Positions 39,579 to 52,577 of a stretch of 64,000 nucleotides of DNA are shown piece after piece (positions within the stretch are counted from its first letter, which is position 1; each line of letters starts with the position of its first letter). Source of the DNA: Octopus sinensis (lineage: Eukaryota); contig NC_042999.1 in the NCBI RefSeq assembly GCF_006345805.1, forward strand, positions 116,622,001-116,686,000. The letters run 5' to 3'. The translations under genes were made by a program, and so were the position numbers. A model generated the notes under the pieces. The model ran no database searches, was not told the origin of the DNA, and saw nothing but the letters and a program-made list of their open reading frames with translations.

Positions 39579-39669
39579 AAAGAGAGAGCGAATGAGTGTA
39601 TGAATATATGTTCACGCGTGTTTATTATAAATCTGTATATTTGTGGGTGTGTAATGGATAAAAGAAATT

Positions 39670-39709
<40 letters not shown>

Positions 39710-39715
39710 GAGAGA
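39380..39715. repeat. Three (GA)n tracts 1.0-1.4 kb upstream of the YAP ATG
   Basis: Directly visible. Confidence 0.9.
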
Positions 39716-39856
39716 GTATGTGTATGTCGCCGCAGGAGATATATAGATCTGTTTACACCTAAAACCGAGTTAATAAACCACTCCGACAACTACTAATCTG
39801 AACTGCTGTCACTCATTCCTTCCCTCTCCCTGTCACTTAGCCCCTCTATCGTCACC

Positions 39857-39890
<34 letters not shown>

Positions 39891-39976
39891 GTGCGTGCTA
39901 TGTTTATACACATATAAAAGTCCCAGTGTATGTTACATATACATATTCATATAGAAACACACATATACATACATTC

Positions 39977-40056
<80 letters not shown>

Positions 40057-40249
40057 GAACGTTAACATATAAGAATGACACTAGTGGTGCTCCGCCCCAC
40101 AAACTGTGTTTCTCTCGCTCTCTGAAGTTATTACCGACCATCACCACCAATATTCGCACACACACACACACACACACACACACGCGCACGCACTTACACA
40201 TGTACACGCACACACACACACGAGCCCCGTATACACACTCACACACTAA

Positions 40250-40761
40250 CACATTCACACACGCACAAAAAAATAAAAGCTTTCCCCCTGACCTCCGACC
40301 TCTCCTAAGCATATCGCTGCGCCGCATCTGTGCCAAAATATCAAACGCAACGCGCAGCGAAGCTAGTACTCCCTTATAAGGAACTTACGATTCATTGACG
40401 TTTGAAATATATAATGTATGTCAACACCGAATGTATTCATTTGGTGCCTGCCTTTCATTAATGTTAACTTAAACGAACAAAAGTCAATCATTTCACATAT
40501 CCTCCAACTCTCTCAATCAGGCCCTACTGTATAGGTATTAGGGACTACTTTTTTGCTGCGCCAGTGAACAGGCCTTTTAAATAGGCGTTGTGAATCCATA
40601 CTGCCACAACTTTTCGGGAAAACTTTGAGTGTCCTCCCATCGAAAGGATTTTCAGGAAAACTTCGGGATTTTACTTGTTTGTTTCGACTTGTATCGGATA
40701 TAGAGTATTTAGAAGTACGAGGCTGGTTCGGTTCGTGATTTTAGTCACTTAGTTGGCGAAA
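40250..40761 (+). promoter_or_regulatory. Probable YAP promoter / 5' UTR region, CpG-retaining
   Basis: Unique sequence directly upstream of the ATG. It retains many CpGs, is ATG-free for ~290 nt, and has a TATA-like TTTAAATA near 40576. The TSS cannot be placed from sequence. Confidence 0.5.
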
Positions 40762-41198
40762 ATGTCGCAACAAAGGACCGAACAGAAAGGAAATCAAGTC
40801 GTACATGTTAGGGGAGACAGCGATTCCGACTTGGATGCTCTGTTCAAGGCTGCTATGAATCCTTCAGAAGTCCCACATCAACTTCCATTGCGGATGAGGA
40901 ACCTGCCGGCGTCTTTCTTCACACCGCCCGATCCGACGCAACAAAAGCAACACAGCAGGGAAGGGAGTACGGATTCGACGGGTGCCGGTAGCGGGTCGGT
41001 GTTGAATTCTCCGGGTTTGACCATTGCTCACCCTCGCGCACATTCTTCCCCGGCCAGTTTAGCACAAACTATGAGCGCAGCCCCTCCTCCGTCGTCCCAG
41101 CATGTTAGACAGCATAGTTATGATCTCACAGACGAACAGCCCCTACCCCCGGGATGGGAAATGGCAAAAACTAATCAAGGACATCGATATTACCTCAA
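40762..41198 (+). CDS. YAP1: YAP/Yorkie transcriptional co-activator, first coding exon (TEAD-binding domain, LATS/14-3-3 sites, N-terminal half of WW1)
   Basis: Translation MSQQRTEQKGNQVVHVRGDSDSDLDALFKAAMNP...LPLRMRNLPASFFTPP matches the YAP/Yki TEAD-binding domain. It has HxRxxS motifs HVRGDS, HSREGS, HPRAHS(SPASL) and HVRQHS, and the WW start LPPGWEMAKTNQGHRYYL. The ATG is in AAA-ATG context with no ATG in the ~290 nt upstream. The exon ends at AA|GTAAGT (phase 2, predicted to complete Asn of YYLNH), so the TAA that ends the ORF-track entry is intronic. Confidence 0.97.
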
Positions 41199-42759
41199 GT
41201 AAGTTATCTAGTTTTGTTTTTGTTGTTTTTTATTTTTCCTCACCCAGTTGCGGAAAATACGATGGACGATGAAATGTCAACACACTCACATATTATATCT
41301 CCTGTACATATAAAATATCTGTATATCATATATTACGCACACATGCACGGTGGAATATTCGGAAAATATTAAAAGAAAAAAAAAATGAAAATAACTTTTT
41401 TTTTAATAATAATCCTAATATTATTCCGAGGATGGCGATTTATCATTTTTAATTCTTCCTCAAAACTAAAGAACTTTTTTATTTATTTATTTATTTATTT
41501 ATTTATTTCTAACTCTGATCTTACAATTTATTGACCTTATCCTTTCCGATTTCCTCATTTTCCGAGCCGTTTTAGCTTGTGAATTCTTTATTTGTGTTTG
41601 TTTTCTTTGTTGTTGTTGTTGTTTTTTTTAATTTATTTATATCCGTAGTAAAAATAAGTCTGAAGAAATTGGCCAGACTTTCGATTCGCTTCTCTCTTCT
41701 GACGCCATGTTGGAACATCTGCAGCTCCTTCCTTGTAGGCTTGTCGCCGTCTCTTTTACACTCACGTAATGTTTGCTGCCCTGTCCTGTTTCGGCATCTC
41801 TCCCTCAGCCATAACCGCACAAAAGCTATCGCAGGAATTACTACTATTGCTACTACCACTATTGCCCTATATTCTTTAATTTTTTTTATTTATTTATTTA
41901 TCATTATTATTATTTTTTCGACACCTCTTGACTTTTATCAATCTTCTTTTTAGTTTGTTTATAACACGTGCAATTTTCCTTTCTTTTTTCTTTTTCTTGC
42001 GTCACGCTCCAGTAATTATCTTCCACTGGTCTCTTCTACTGATCTCTTTTCTAAATTTCACGCTCTTTCATCGATCATCTGTCATTCAGTTAACGCTTTT
42101 TCCCAATAACCTATTAATAACTAGTGACACTTATACGAAACAAAAATGTTTCCTTTTCATTTCATTAAAAAAAAAGAAAAAAAATCATTTATCCCAGATC
42201 TAACTGATAGGCAAGTTCTATTATTAGATTGTCATTCGGTGGTGACGAAACTCCGAAACCATAAACACACACATACACAATATATATATATGGATTAGTG
42301 GCATTAAGATTGAATCCTAGCACGCACTCGTAGTTCGGCTACCTAACTATCTCTTTATTTCTCTCTCTCTCTCTCTCTCAATATATCTATAGATATATAT
42401 ATATATATATTCTCTCACACACACACATGCATACATATTATATATACACCCACTCACGTCTCGATCGTAAACTGCCATTATTGTTTACTTTCTCCACCCA
42501 CTCCCACCACGATCTACTGCTATCTATATAATTGTTTATACTTATTTATTTATTTATACTAAGCCTCAAACACCATTTCATCGAAACTTATTCTGTCTTT
42601 TATTTAGATGAAATATTGTGGTCTGTTTATTTAGTTGTTCATTTATTCATTCATCAGCACTTCATCACATCGCCAATTTTCTTTTTCGATATTTTTTTTT
42701 TCGCAAACTCATCCACACGTCGTTCATGTGTATGCGTTTCTGTTTATATATGTATATAT

Positions 42760-42803
<44 letters not shown>

Positions 42804-44250
42804 TACACATACATACACGCGTATAATTTGTTACGTATCAATATAAACACTAACATTTTCACCATTTATTATACACGTAGCTGCAATGATGATATCATTA
42901 TTACTATTATTGTTTATTAAATTTTGAAAATTTTTTCCCCATTTACCTCAATTTTTGCGATTTTCAGTTTTAACGCTTTCTGCTTCCTCTCTTAATTTTC
43001 GCCATATCGTTCTGCTATTCTTTACTCTTAGACTGTTAACAGCAGCACCATTCTTCGTGGCATCCCTTTTAACCATTCCTATTCGCCTTCAAAAAAATAT
43101 ATATATACCATAATAATCGAGTAGCAAGGGTAAAGAAGGAAACAGCAATCCTTAAGAATATGCATCAAATATTCAAGAACTCGATATCAATTTGTTATTT
43201 TTCATTAGATTGTTGTATTTAAAGTTTGGTTGAATTGTATTTTCTTTGGGATTATTTACTTATTTATTTTTTCCCTAATCGCCGAGTAAAGTAATTCTTC
43301 CGACCTTTATTTATGTCTTAAAAAATATTTTTATACATAACTATTTTCGTTTCTTTTTATCATTTGGAAATACTTTTAATCAGTTTAATAATAATAATGG
43401 GATTATATTTCGAGAAAGAAAGGTTAATTAGAACAAACTCTGGTCTAGATTTTTTTTTTAATTTAATAGTTAGAAATGAACTTTTTTTAAAAGAAAATAA
43501 AACAATATCGCCATAGGTCATCGTATTAATCTGAGATAGAAATTTATTATAAACGCAAAATGCCCGTCTTCAAATCAACATATCGATACACCAACTTGGT
43601 CCGCTGGCATTTGTCTTCACTTTTACTCTGTGCGTGTATGCGTGCCCTACTACCCCTATTAATATTTAAATTGACTCTTCCTTTCAGTTGATAATCAGCA
43701 CCAAGAAACGAATGACTAAATAAATAATATTTACTATATTGAGGATAGCCCTTTCAGAAGTCTTTCTTTCTTTTCTTTTCTTTTTTTTTTCCTTTAATGG
43801 TTTTGTGTTTAATGGGAATCGAATTGACACATACAAGTTAGGAGGAACTTTACTTACTCTTCTTTCCCAGGCCTATCTTGCATTTAAAGAATGGCTATTC
43901 CACTCCCTGCTTAGTCTCTCAAAGACCTCATAGAACCCTCCTGTCTCTCTTTCATTCTACACCTACAACATTATTTTATCGATCTTTATTTACAGTTAAA
44001 TCAAACTACATGGTAGGTTCCAGTTGGGAAAATGATGCTAAGAGAACGACTTCTGTAATAGTCTCCCTCACCTAAATGTTGTATGAAGACCTGCTGTGCT
44101 AGCTGGTGTATTTCTCATCTAATAATAATGCCATGATGCTGGCTGTATATATATATATATATAATTTCAACAATTGAGGGTAAAATTAATTAATTATTAA
44201 TCAATTTCACCAAGTATTCAGTATGCAAAGGGACCATTTAAGGCGAATTC

Positions 44251-44497
44251 AAATTATTACATTATATAAAAGGGCTTTTTTTTAAAACTATTTCTAATAC
44301 TTAAGAAAACCTCTCTCATATAGTGTTTGCTCAATTCAACTCACTTTCGTGAGTTGAATTGAGCAAACACTATATGAGAGAGGTTTTCTTTAAGTATTAG
44401 AAATAGTTTTAAAAAAGTTTTTTTAGCTACTATTTCTAATGAGTTCAGTATGCGGCAAAGTAATTTATTTTACTAAGCCCTTTTATATAATGTAATA

Positions 44498-44501
<4 letters not shown>
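44251..44501. repeat. Palindrome: 67/68-bp hairpin (44278-44416, TTTC loop) within 27-bp outer inverted arms
   Basis: 44278-44344 is the reverse complement of 44349-44416 with one indel. 44251-44277 is the exact reverse complement of 44475-44501. Confidence 0.95.
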
Positions 44502-44541
<40 letters not shown>

Positions 44542-46008
44542 ATACAGAGAGAGAGAGAGAAAGCGACTGTAAATAAAATCCTTTATGCTTCTTTATAAAC
44601 CCTTCTGCTTAGAACGATTCTTTAAGTTTATATAAACTTTTTCACGAAAATTATCGTTATGAATATTAGTAATTTTAATAATTATGTAAGTATTCTCAGT
44701 AGTTTAGTCTGTTCTACTCACAGACACACTCCCACATTTATGTGTGTATACTCATCAACAACAATATACAAGTATGAGATTACATTTTTCTATTCATTAT
44801 ATTACTAGCTTCTCCTGCCACACTTCACTTTCCGCTTTTGCACTTCATTATTACATTTGTCATCGATTATTGCGGGGAAATCCAACTTCTCTTGGAAGTC
44901 TGAGCTATTTATTCCACTTTACCAAAGTGCTAACTCTACTCCTCTCCCCCCCCTCGCTTTTTTTTCCCCTTTCTTTTGGTGGGAAACGGGAGCTACACTA
45001 GCTATCACATTTATCTAGTTAATGAATATTTATTCATATATGAATCTCAAAACTAAAATTTAAGACCAGTTCCCCAACCGTTTGAATGCTTCCTTTGAAA
45101 TGACTTCAGTACTCCTTAACTTCAATATTAGCTAATATTTGAATTGTGAAAGAATATATATATATATATATACTGTTGGTTGGTGTTAAAAATTGGGATA
45201 AAGTGATAGCTATATTGGACTGGAATGGGTTTTTTTTTTGTTTTGTTAGCCTTGCCAAAACCAGATGTAGTTTTTGTCACTCCTTTTTTCTACTCGCCCC
45301 TTCTAATCCTATCCAAAATTGAATTCAGGCTGTTCAAATTTTTTAATGAACTTTAAATGTTGCCATGTCATCTGTTTCTACATATGGCCCAGTTTGAATT
45401 CGCTTATAATTAAGGAAATACTCTCAGAATTCCCCCACTGTTTTTGCAACGAAGGCATCCGACTGTCTTCCTTTGCTTCGCTTGTGTCTGTTGACGAATC
45501 AGTCATCAGTGCTGAGCCATCCTTTTGCCTAGCTATACACCAGCACTGTTGACCTCAATTACTTCTGTGTGTCGGGAGATACCATTTCATTTCGCTTCTT
45601 TGCTACATCTAATTATCATTGCCTTGAAGTCTCCCTGCACTTTATACAGCGAGACGGTAGGGAATTTTTTTAAGCGACGATATAAGTAATAAAAAGAAAT
45701 TAAATTACAAGAGTTCTGGTCTATATATTTTTTTTAATTGAATAAAAAAGATTTTAGCTATTGAAGTTTGTGATGGGTAGATTCGCACGAGTTTTTTTTA
45801 TTTTTGTTTTCGATGCTTTTAAAGGGAATAAATATTAGGGTGGCTGAATGAATGAATGGAGGGATGAATGAGTGAACAGTAAGAACTGGTTTCATACTGG
45901 AACCGTTTTCAATCGAACCTCTGTAATTATTGTGTCAGTTTCAGCTTATGATTGTTCTGGGAACGATTTTCTCTCTCGTTTTGTCCTTCTCTTTCTCTAT
46001 TATTATTA

Positions 46009-46039
<31 letters not shown>

Positions 46040-46809
46040 CTTTACAAAGGAGATCCAGTTTAATTGGTTGGTAATTGGGAGAGGGACTGGAATTTGCCAT
46101 TGAATCATCACTTTCTTATTGAAGCTCTAACATAGTTCCCTTGCCGTATGATTTCCTGTATTGATTATTAAACAAAACTGTATTAAAACATTCGGACATG
46201 GTACACACACTACAACATACACAAAACAAAACAAAAATCTTTTTGATTTCTCATGCTTGCAATTTCTGAACTACAATGCCTTATATAATTATTACTAATC
46301 TGTTAGACCAATGTGATATGTGTGTGTGTGCTGGGCAAGTTTCAGGGCGAGTTATATAGGTGGGTGTGGATAAAGTCAACTGGAGTTTGTTCGCTGGTGT
46401 GTTTATTGAATCGATTCCAGAAAATGAACTGGAACCCAACTCGAGCTAGGCAGAGTAAAACATCTAGTCTGGAGTTTTATTGCCTTGACCTCCCTTGCCC
46501 TTTTAATAATACAAAAGCAGTTCAAATCCACCACTACCCATCGGGGATCTATTTTGTCTTTCATCTTTTCGAGGTTAATACAATATACATACGGTTCACT
46601 TGACTGTATATCTCTCTTGCTAAGTTAGTTTTGAGCTTTAAATCAAAAGAAATCGATTTTTATTTTTGTTTTTCACATAGGCATGAAGCTTGAAATGTTT
46701 TAGAGAGGAGAAGTGGTAGGATGCTTTTCTCAGTTAGGAATTGTCTGTTTGTAGTATTACGTATACTTTAATTATGATTTTTGATATAGGCTCAAGATGA
46801 AGTATACAT

Positions 46810-46995
46810 TTGTGGAGGGGTTGCTGTAGGTTACATCAATTCCAGCACTTGACTGGTACTTTATATCATCGACCCTGAGAGGATGAAATGCAAAGTTGAA
46901 ATCGGCAAGATTTGAACTCAACGTAAAGAGCCGAAAGAAATGCCATTAAGCTTTTAGTCTCCGATGCGCTAACGAATCTGCCAGCTCACCGCCTT
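46810..46995 (-). mobile_element. SINE family A
   Basis: The reverse complement gives AAGGCGGTGAGCTGGCAGATTCGTTAGC...GAGTTCAAATCTTGCCGATTTCAACTTTGC. Confidence 0.8.
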
Positions 46996-47039
46996 ATAAT
47001 AACGATGATGATGATAATAGTAATAAAATATGTAATAAT

Positions 47040-48058
47040 CGTTTCTTTATTGGCCTCAAAGGTACTAAAGACATTGGAACAAAGCAGAAAACGTAGGGCT
47101 CCGATGACTACCCCATAAAAAGCACGGTTACCTTGACCACTTACGCAGGTGTCCTTCCAATTCTGTCTTCTTCCGATCTAAATGCTCAGAATAGTACCGT
47201 TCACTTGAACCATGCTCGCCTCTCATCCACCTTTCAACGAATTTTTCTGGCAGTACATCCCTCTCCACTTTCTTTTCCTATTGGGACTTGAGAAAGTTGA
47301 TGAGGGCTTGGCTGAAAAGAAAAGTGGTTTGTGTTGAATACTTTCAGTCTTTTCCATCACATAGCTTCTTTTGCCATGGCTATGAGACAAATAAACACTG
47401 CCTGCCCGCCTCAGCCAAAGAAAGTTGGCGGGACGATATCTACTATGGACTCAACTGATATCAGGATTCATCCTATTCGCGACTGCAACAATTCGACAAA
47501 AGCCTACAAGTTAGAAAAGCTCGGACACTGGATGAGCGCGTACAGAACAGTTTCGTGACATTTTGCGCATCTAGGTCAGTACCGATTGTCAGCACTGGAA
47601 TGCTATTAGAGTTTATCTCTGGCTGGCAATGCCCCTCGATAACACTGCCAGGCCAGTGTCATCTGGAAATTTTCAATGGGCCCTGGACTGAAAGTCCTCC
47701 GAAAAAGATCTGCCAGTTAATTTTTATCGACATACCGAATTTCCCCAAGAACATCATCACACTTATTCGCTATTCTTCTTATAAAATGCCTGGTGGAACT
47801 TCCACCGACCGTTTTACTCTACTGGTTGGGAGCAGAGAACATCTGTCGACACTCTAGGCACAGTGCGCTCTACTTCGGTCTACGTTTGATCCAAGACTGC
47901 TGCTCTATCAAAAGAGTCGATATGGGGAAAGACGTGACAGACGGTGGCCAGACCTGTTCACTGTCAACGAAAAGCTGGAGATGCAGCAGCCTCAGCGCGT
48001 GCTTGCGCATCAGTAGCCACGGAATGTCCAGCCCTGCACTCAGCGGGGTTGACAGCAT
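47040..48058 (-). mobile_element. Tx1/L1-clade LINE relic, copy 3 (5'-truncated, antisense in the YAP intron)
   Basis: PLSAGLDIPWLLMRKHALRLLHLQLF matches copy 2 (MPWLLMRWHALRLRHLQRF). The 3' end CCAATAAAGAAAC is followed by ATT/ATC-rich sequence. Confidence 0.82.
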
Positions 48059-48104
48059 ATAATAGTGTTAATATTATTAATTTTGTGATCTAGCCACTAG
48101 GTTT

Positions 48105-48292
48105 GACTTTTGAGGAGGATAATAGTCAAGTATATCGATCCGAGTACTTAACTGGTATTTTATTTTATCGTCACCGAGAAGATGAAAAAGAAAGCTGACC
48201 AGCACGATTTGAACTCAAAATGCCACAAACCGGAAGAAATACTTCAAGGCATTTTATCCGATATTCTAATGATTCTGCCAATTCACCGCTTT
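48105..48292 (-). mobile_element. SINE family A, diverged
   Basis: The reverse complement gives AAAGCGGTGAATTGGCAGAATCATTAG...GAGTTCAAATCGTG...GATAAAATAAAATACCAG. Confidence 0.72.
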
Positions 48293-49105
48293 TAAATTTT
48301 AATTTTTCAGGCAGACATGAGTCCACAAATGTACTGGGGATGTCTATAATCCATTCCATCGACTTCGATTATGATATTGGGACATCTTAGAGATGAAAAA
48401 CAAAAAAATCACCCTCTGCAGAAGATAAAACTTATTGTAAAGGGACGTAACTAAGTACGCAATATAATTCGTCACTCATTGATTCTGTCACTCATCAAAA
48501 ATTTCTGATAGAGAAATATTCCAGTCTAGACTCAAATTTAGCTGGTGTTAATGTTTTTTTTTTTCCTTTTATGCTTCAGAAATATACACATACATACTCA
48601 CGTATATCTATATCTATCTATCACGAGGGAGAGAGAGGTCGAATCAATGAGGGAACAAACCCCTACGCGTAAAGCAGGCGCTTACTTGCTAGTAATAGTA
48701 GCAAAATCATCTCTCTCTCTCTCTCTCTAATAACACTTGCCTTTCTAACCCTAAAATTAATGTTTGGGATGGAATGACTTCCTTTGATCTTTGCTGTGTT
48801 CGATCACGACTAACCTGGGAGTCTATAAGAATAAAATAAGATAGGTATTTGTACCAGATGAGATTAGATATCCGATATTTAAAAGCCTTTCTGATGAACT
48901 ATCTCCTAGCCAGGTTTAATAAAAAAAATACTTTACTCACCTCCCCCACCACCACAACCAGAAACTATTCTCATGCTGGAATAAATTGTCAAGAATTAAT
49001 GAAAAAACATAAAGTTTTGATGTTCATGCCTTTCCCAAGCTTAGACACGTCTCGCCGATTCATTATACGGTTCTGTGTACGCGTGTGTGCAACATGCGCA
49101 AACAT

Positions 49106-49153
<48 letters not shown>

Positions 49154-51406
49154 GATATGCATATCCACACATTCGTGTGTGTGTAAATACATACACCCAT
49201 ACTTTAAGCAACACTTGTACATTGACATTTAATAACTACGGAGTCGCAGACAGTATGAGGAGAGACCTTAAAACTTAACAAATGAAATAAAATAAAATTA
49301 AAAACAAAAACAAAAACTTCTAAATGCTTCGCACCCTACATAGAAACTATCAAAATGTTATCTTAAAATATATAAATTTTTCATTCATTGCGGTAACCAC
49401 CCATTTTAAAAAATTATTTTTATCATTATTTTTTGTACATAATTTTTAATTCTGTCATTTAGAGTGACTTCTACATCAAATTTTATTCGGGTTTTTTTTT
49501 TTAAATAAACATTATTTTATATAATGAAATAAGTTCCATTTCATCAACATTTTACGTAAACTAGAAAGAAAAAATATTTTTTTAATACACAAAACTACTT
49601 TATTGCCTTTGAGGCAGTGAGTCAAAATACAACACCCAGTCATTGGATTTCGCCTGTGATTCAGTTTCGATCTCTTGTCGGAACCATTATAATTTTCATC
49701 CATTTGAAAGGCATGAACATTGCACCGTCTTATCCCACTTATAATATAAATGAATGATTTCTTTTTATTTGAAATCTGTAAATGTATTTTAGGCATTTTT
49801 TTTCTAATTGAAGAACTTTGAAAGTTAAAAGAAAAAGAAAGAACTAAAAAAAAACACCGCTGTTTAGAAGAAAAAAGCGTTATTATTATTTCCCAAATTT
49901 TATTGTAATGTAGCATTTGAAAGACTTGTGTGGCACAATAAAGCAATCATATAATAATGACAGGGCATTAGATTTAGCAGCGCATAACTCTTCCGTATTA
50001 TGTGCTTGCGTTTGGCGCTTCATTCTTCTCTAATAACACTGCTGGGATCGACTTCGCCTGTCTTTGATCACCGATAAATTTAACGCAATTTCTTCCAGGC
50101 TGTCGATGTATGAACGAATATTATTTTTACGTCTTTCTTTTTTTCTTTTACACACACACACATATATATATATATTACACAAATATGTTCATTTTCATTT
50201 TTTTTTACTGTAATACAAAGTAATATATGTAAATATATTTACGTGTGCGTGTATATAATACAAAATCATGTGTACGCCTACAAATTTGACTTGCGAACCC
50301 TGGAGCTCCCTCCTCATGTCGAAGCCTTCAGAAATGATTCAATGTTTAATAACTAACTCCTCTCATTGCAACTCCATAATACTGAAATTGCTGTTTGTTT
50401 ACATTTGCCTGATCAATTGATATTATTCAGAAGTTTAAAAAAAATATGTTTCTCACATTACTTTTTATATAATAACTTTTCGTGGTATAATTTAAGTTAG
50501 CTAAATTAATTTATACCAAACATAGACAAAAAAAAAAATGTATGAGACTATGTGTATACTTGTACATGTATGTATATACATATGTATGTGTGTGTGTGTG
50601 TGTGTGTGTGTGCATGTACGCGCGCGCGTGATGTCATTTTAATTTCCATTTCGTTAGACCACTTTTGTCCACGCCCAAATGTAACGCGTTTGAAATAGAT
50701 ATCAATACACTGATAAATAATTTAGACATAGTAAATAAAAAATGTAATTATGTTCCTCTACAAACGAGATGCAATTATTACTAAACCTTTTTTATTATTA
50801 CTTTCAATGCTGAAAAAATTTAAACAGTATAAGTTATTTTATTTATTTATTATGGGTTTATTTTGTCGACGTTTTGAAACGTATGTGTAGAGTTAACGAT
50901 TAAAGAAAAAATTAATTTCGATTTTTAATATTGTTATTAACTTGAACATTTTATTAAGAGATTAAGAGGTATTATGATTAACCATAAAACGCACACACAC
51001 AGAGCAACTATTATTTATACCATAAAAGTATATGGCTTGAAGTGTGTGTGTGTATGTGCGTGTGTGTGTGTGTGTACTCCTTGGGAAGTTCAGCAAAGGG
51101 AAATAACCAGGAAATTTACCAAAGCCTATCTCTAACAGAATTCCAGTCCTGCCCACACACTATTGAATTCGGCCCAACTAGGGAATTTGGTTTTTTCTGT
51201 CTGTAAAATGTATGCTCTCCATGATTGAAGCTTTCCTTATTTCCATTTCGCATCTTTTCTCATTTTAAACTCTTTGTGTCTGATCCATTTATTTATTATT
51301 GCTATGTTGTGTTGTGAACTTGCGATTGTGTTTCGATTCCCGGCTGAAATTTCTTTAACTACTACACGAATGACGCAGACGAATTTTCATTCTTTTCTTT
51401 CTAATA

Positions 51407-51556
51407 TTGGTTTCAAATTTTGCCACAAGGCCAGTATTTTCGGGAGAGGAGTTAAGTCGATTACATCGACCCTAGTACTCAGTTGGTACTTATTTTATCG
51501 ACCCCAAAAGGATAAAAGGCAAAGTTGACCTCGGTGAAACTTGATCTGAGAACGTG
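51407..51556 (-). mobile_element. SINE family A, 3' two-thirds; most CpGs retained
   Basis: The reverse complement gives CACCGAGGTCAACTTTGCC...GGGGTCGATAAAATAAGTACC...GGTCGATGTAATCGACTT...GGCCTTGTGGCAAAATTTGAAACC. Confidence 0.85.
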
Positions 51557-51834
51557 AAACACTCTGCTTAAAAGATGTTCCATCCCTCATACAATATAAA
51601 AGCCAAGTTTAAAAAATGATATCTGTTTATTAGGCTCTTACTTCTTATCGATTGTTTAATACTTGTATAACTTATGAATGATCATAGATGGCGAACTTGA
51701 AATGCTGCAGACATGATACACAAGCTATTTTTATCTTATGTAGATAAAATTTTCGGAGGAATTTTGGAATAGCTGCTCCTCAAAGTACCTTCACTGTACA
51801 CCAAACTACCCTTTCCTATGGAAAAGGAAAATAG

Positions 51835-52075
51835 ATATATGCATACATATATGTACATACCTACATATATATGTATATACATGCATATATGGGTACAGGA
51901 CATAAAAAAAAAACGTAGACAGAATGAGAAACGAGAATATAAAAAACAAAAACATAGAAAACGAACTTTTTTCGAGCAACGAAAAAACAAGCATACAGAG
52001 AAACGAGACATGCAACATTAAGAACATTCCCTTCGTCAGTTGTCCCCTGTTTTATCTACTATCGTGTTTCAGACG
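51835..52075 (-). repeat. Unclassified interspersed repeat (family E), second copy
   Basis: Reverse-complement match to 17245-17495. Confidence 0.75.
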
Positions 52076-52433
52076 TTGCAAATGACAAATCTGAAAAATT
52101 TTTCTTCCTTTAAATTTTTTTTTTTTTTACAGTCTTGTCCCCCCCCCCTCCTTACTCTTTTCCTCTCCTATATGAGGTATGGTAATTTGAGGGACAGCTA
52201 TTTGGAAATTATTAACCTCATGTGTGCATCTAAGCCTTTCTTCATTATTGTAGATGCAACTCAGCTGTTGATGATGATGATTAAGGAGTATTGATGGTGT
52301 ATGTAGGAAGTTGGCTGGATATACATTTCAAATATTATTATTGGGAGTTTTTGTCTAATAACTGCCTTGTCTAATAACTCGTTGCTGAAAGTTTTTCAAC
52401 TCACAATAATATATACCTTAGACCCTTTATCTC

Positions 52434-52577
52434 CATCATCATCATTTAACGTCCATTGTCCATGCTGGCATGGGTTGGATGATTTGATCAGAGCTGGCAA
52501 GCTGGAACGCTGCACTAGACTCCAGTCTGATTTGGCATGGTTTCTACAGCTGGATGCTCTTCCTAATGCCAACCACT
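52434..52577 (-). mobile_element. SINE-like repeat with (GAT)n tail (family F); other copies at ~62950-63060 and 63855-63945 (+)
   Basis: The minus strand reads GTGGTTGGCATTAGGAAGAGCATCCAGCTGTAGAAA...CCAACCCATGCCAGCATGGACAATGGACGTTAAATGATGATG. The 63855 copy reads GGCAACAGGAAAGGCATCCAGCCATAGAAAA...ATGATGATG. Confidence 0.7.

Noticed and set aside
40753-41202. ORF-track call of a complete 149-aa protein starting at TTG and ending YYLK*
   Set aside because: The real start is the ATG at 40762, and the TAA lies in the GTAAGT donor; this is a spliced exon.
39810-43080. CATTCC (TEAD-type) hexamers near YAP as autoregulatory sites
   Set aside because: Only isolated hexamers, at about chance frequency.
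50060-50130. Acceptor-like TTTCTTCCAG as YAP exon 2 (also ACTACATGG hits at ~44005, ~55765 and ~56407)
   Set aside because: The downstream translation does not give the WW1 continuation, or stops immediately.
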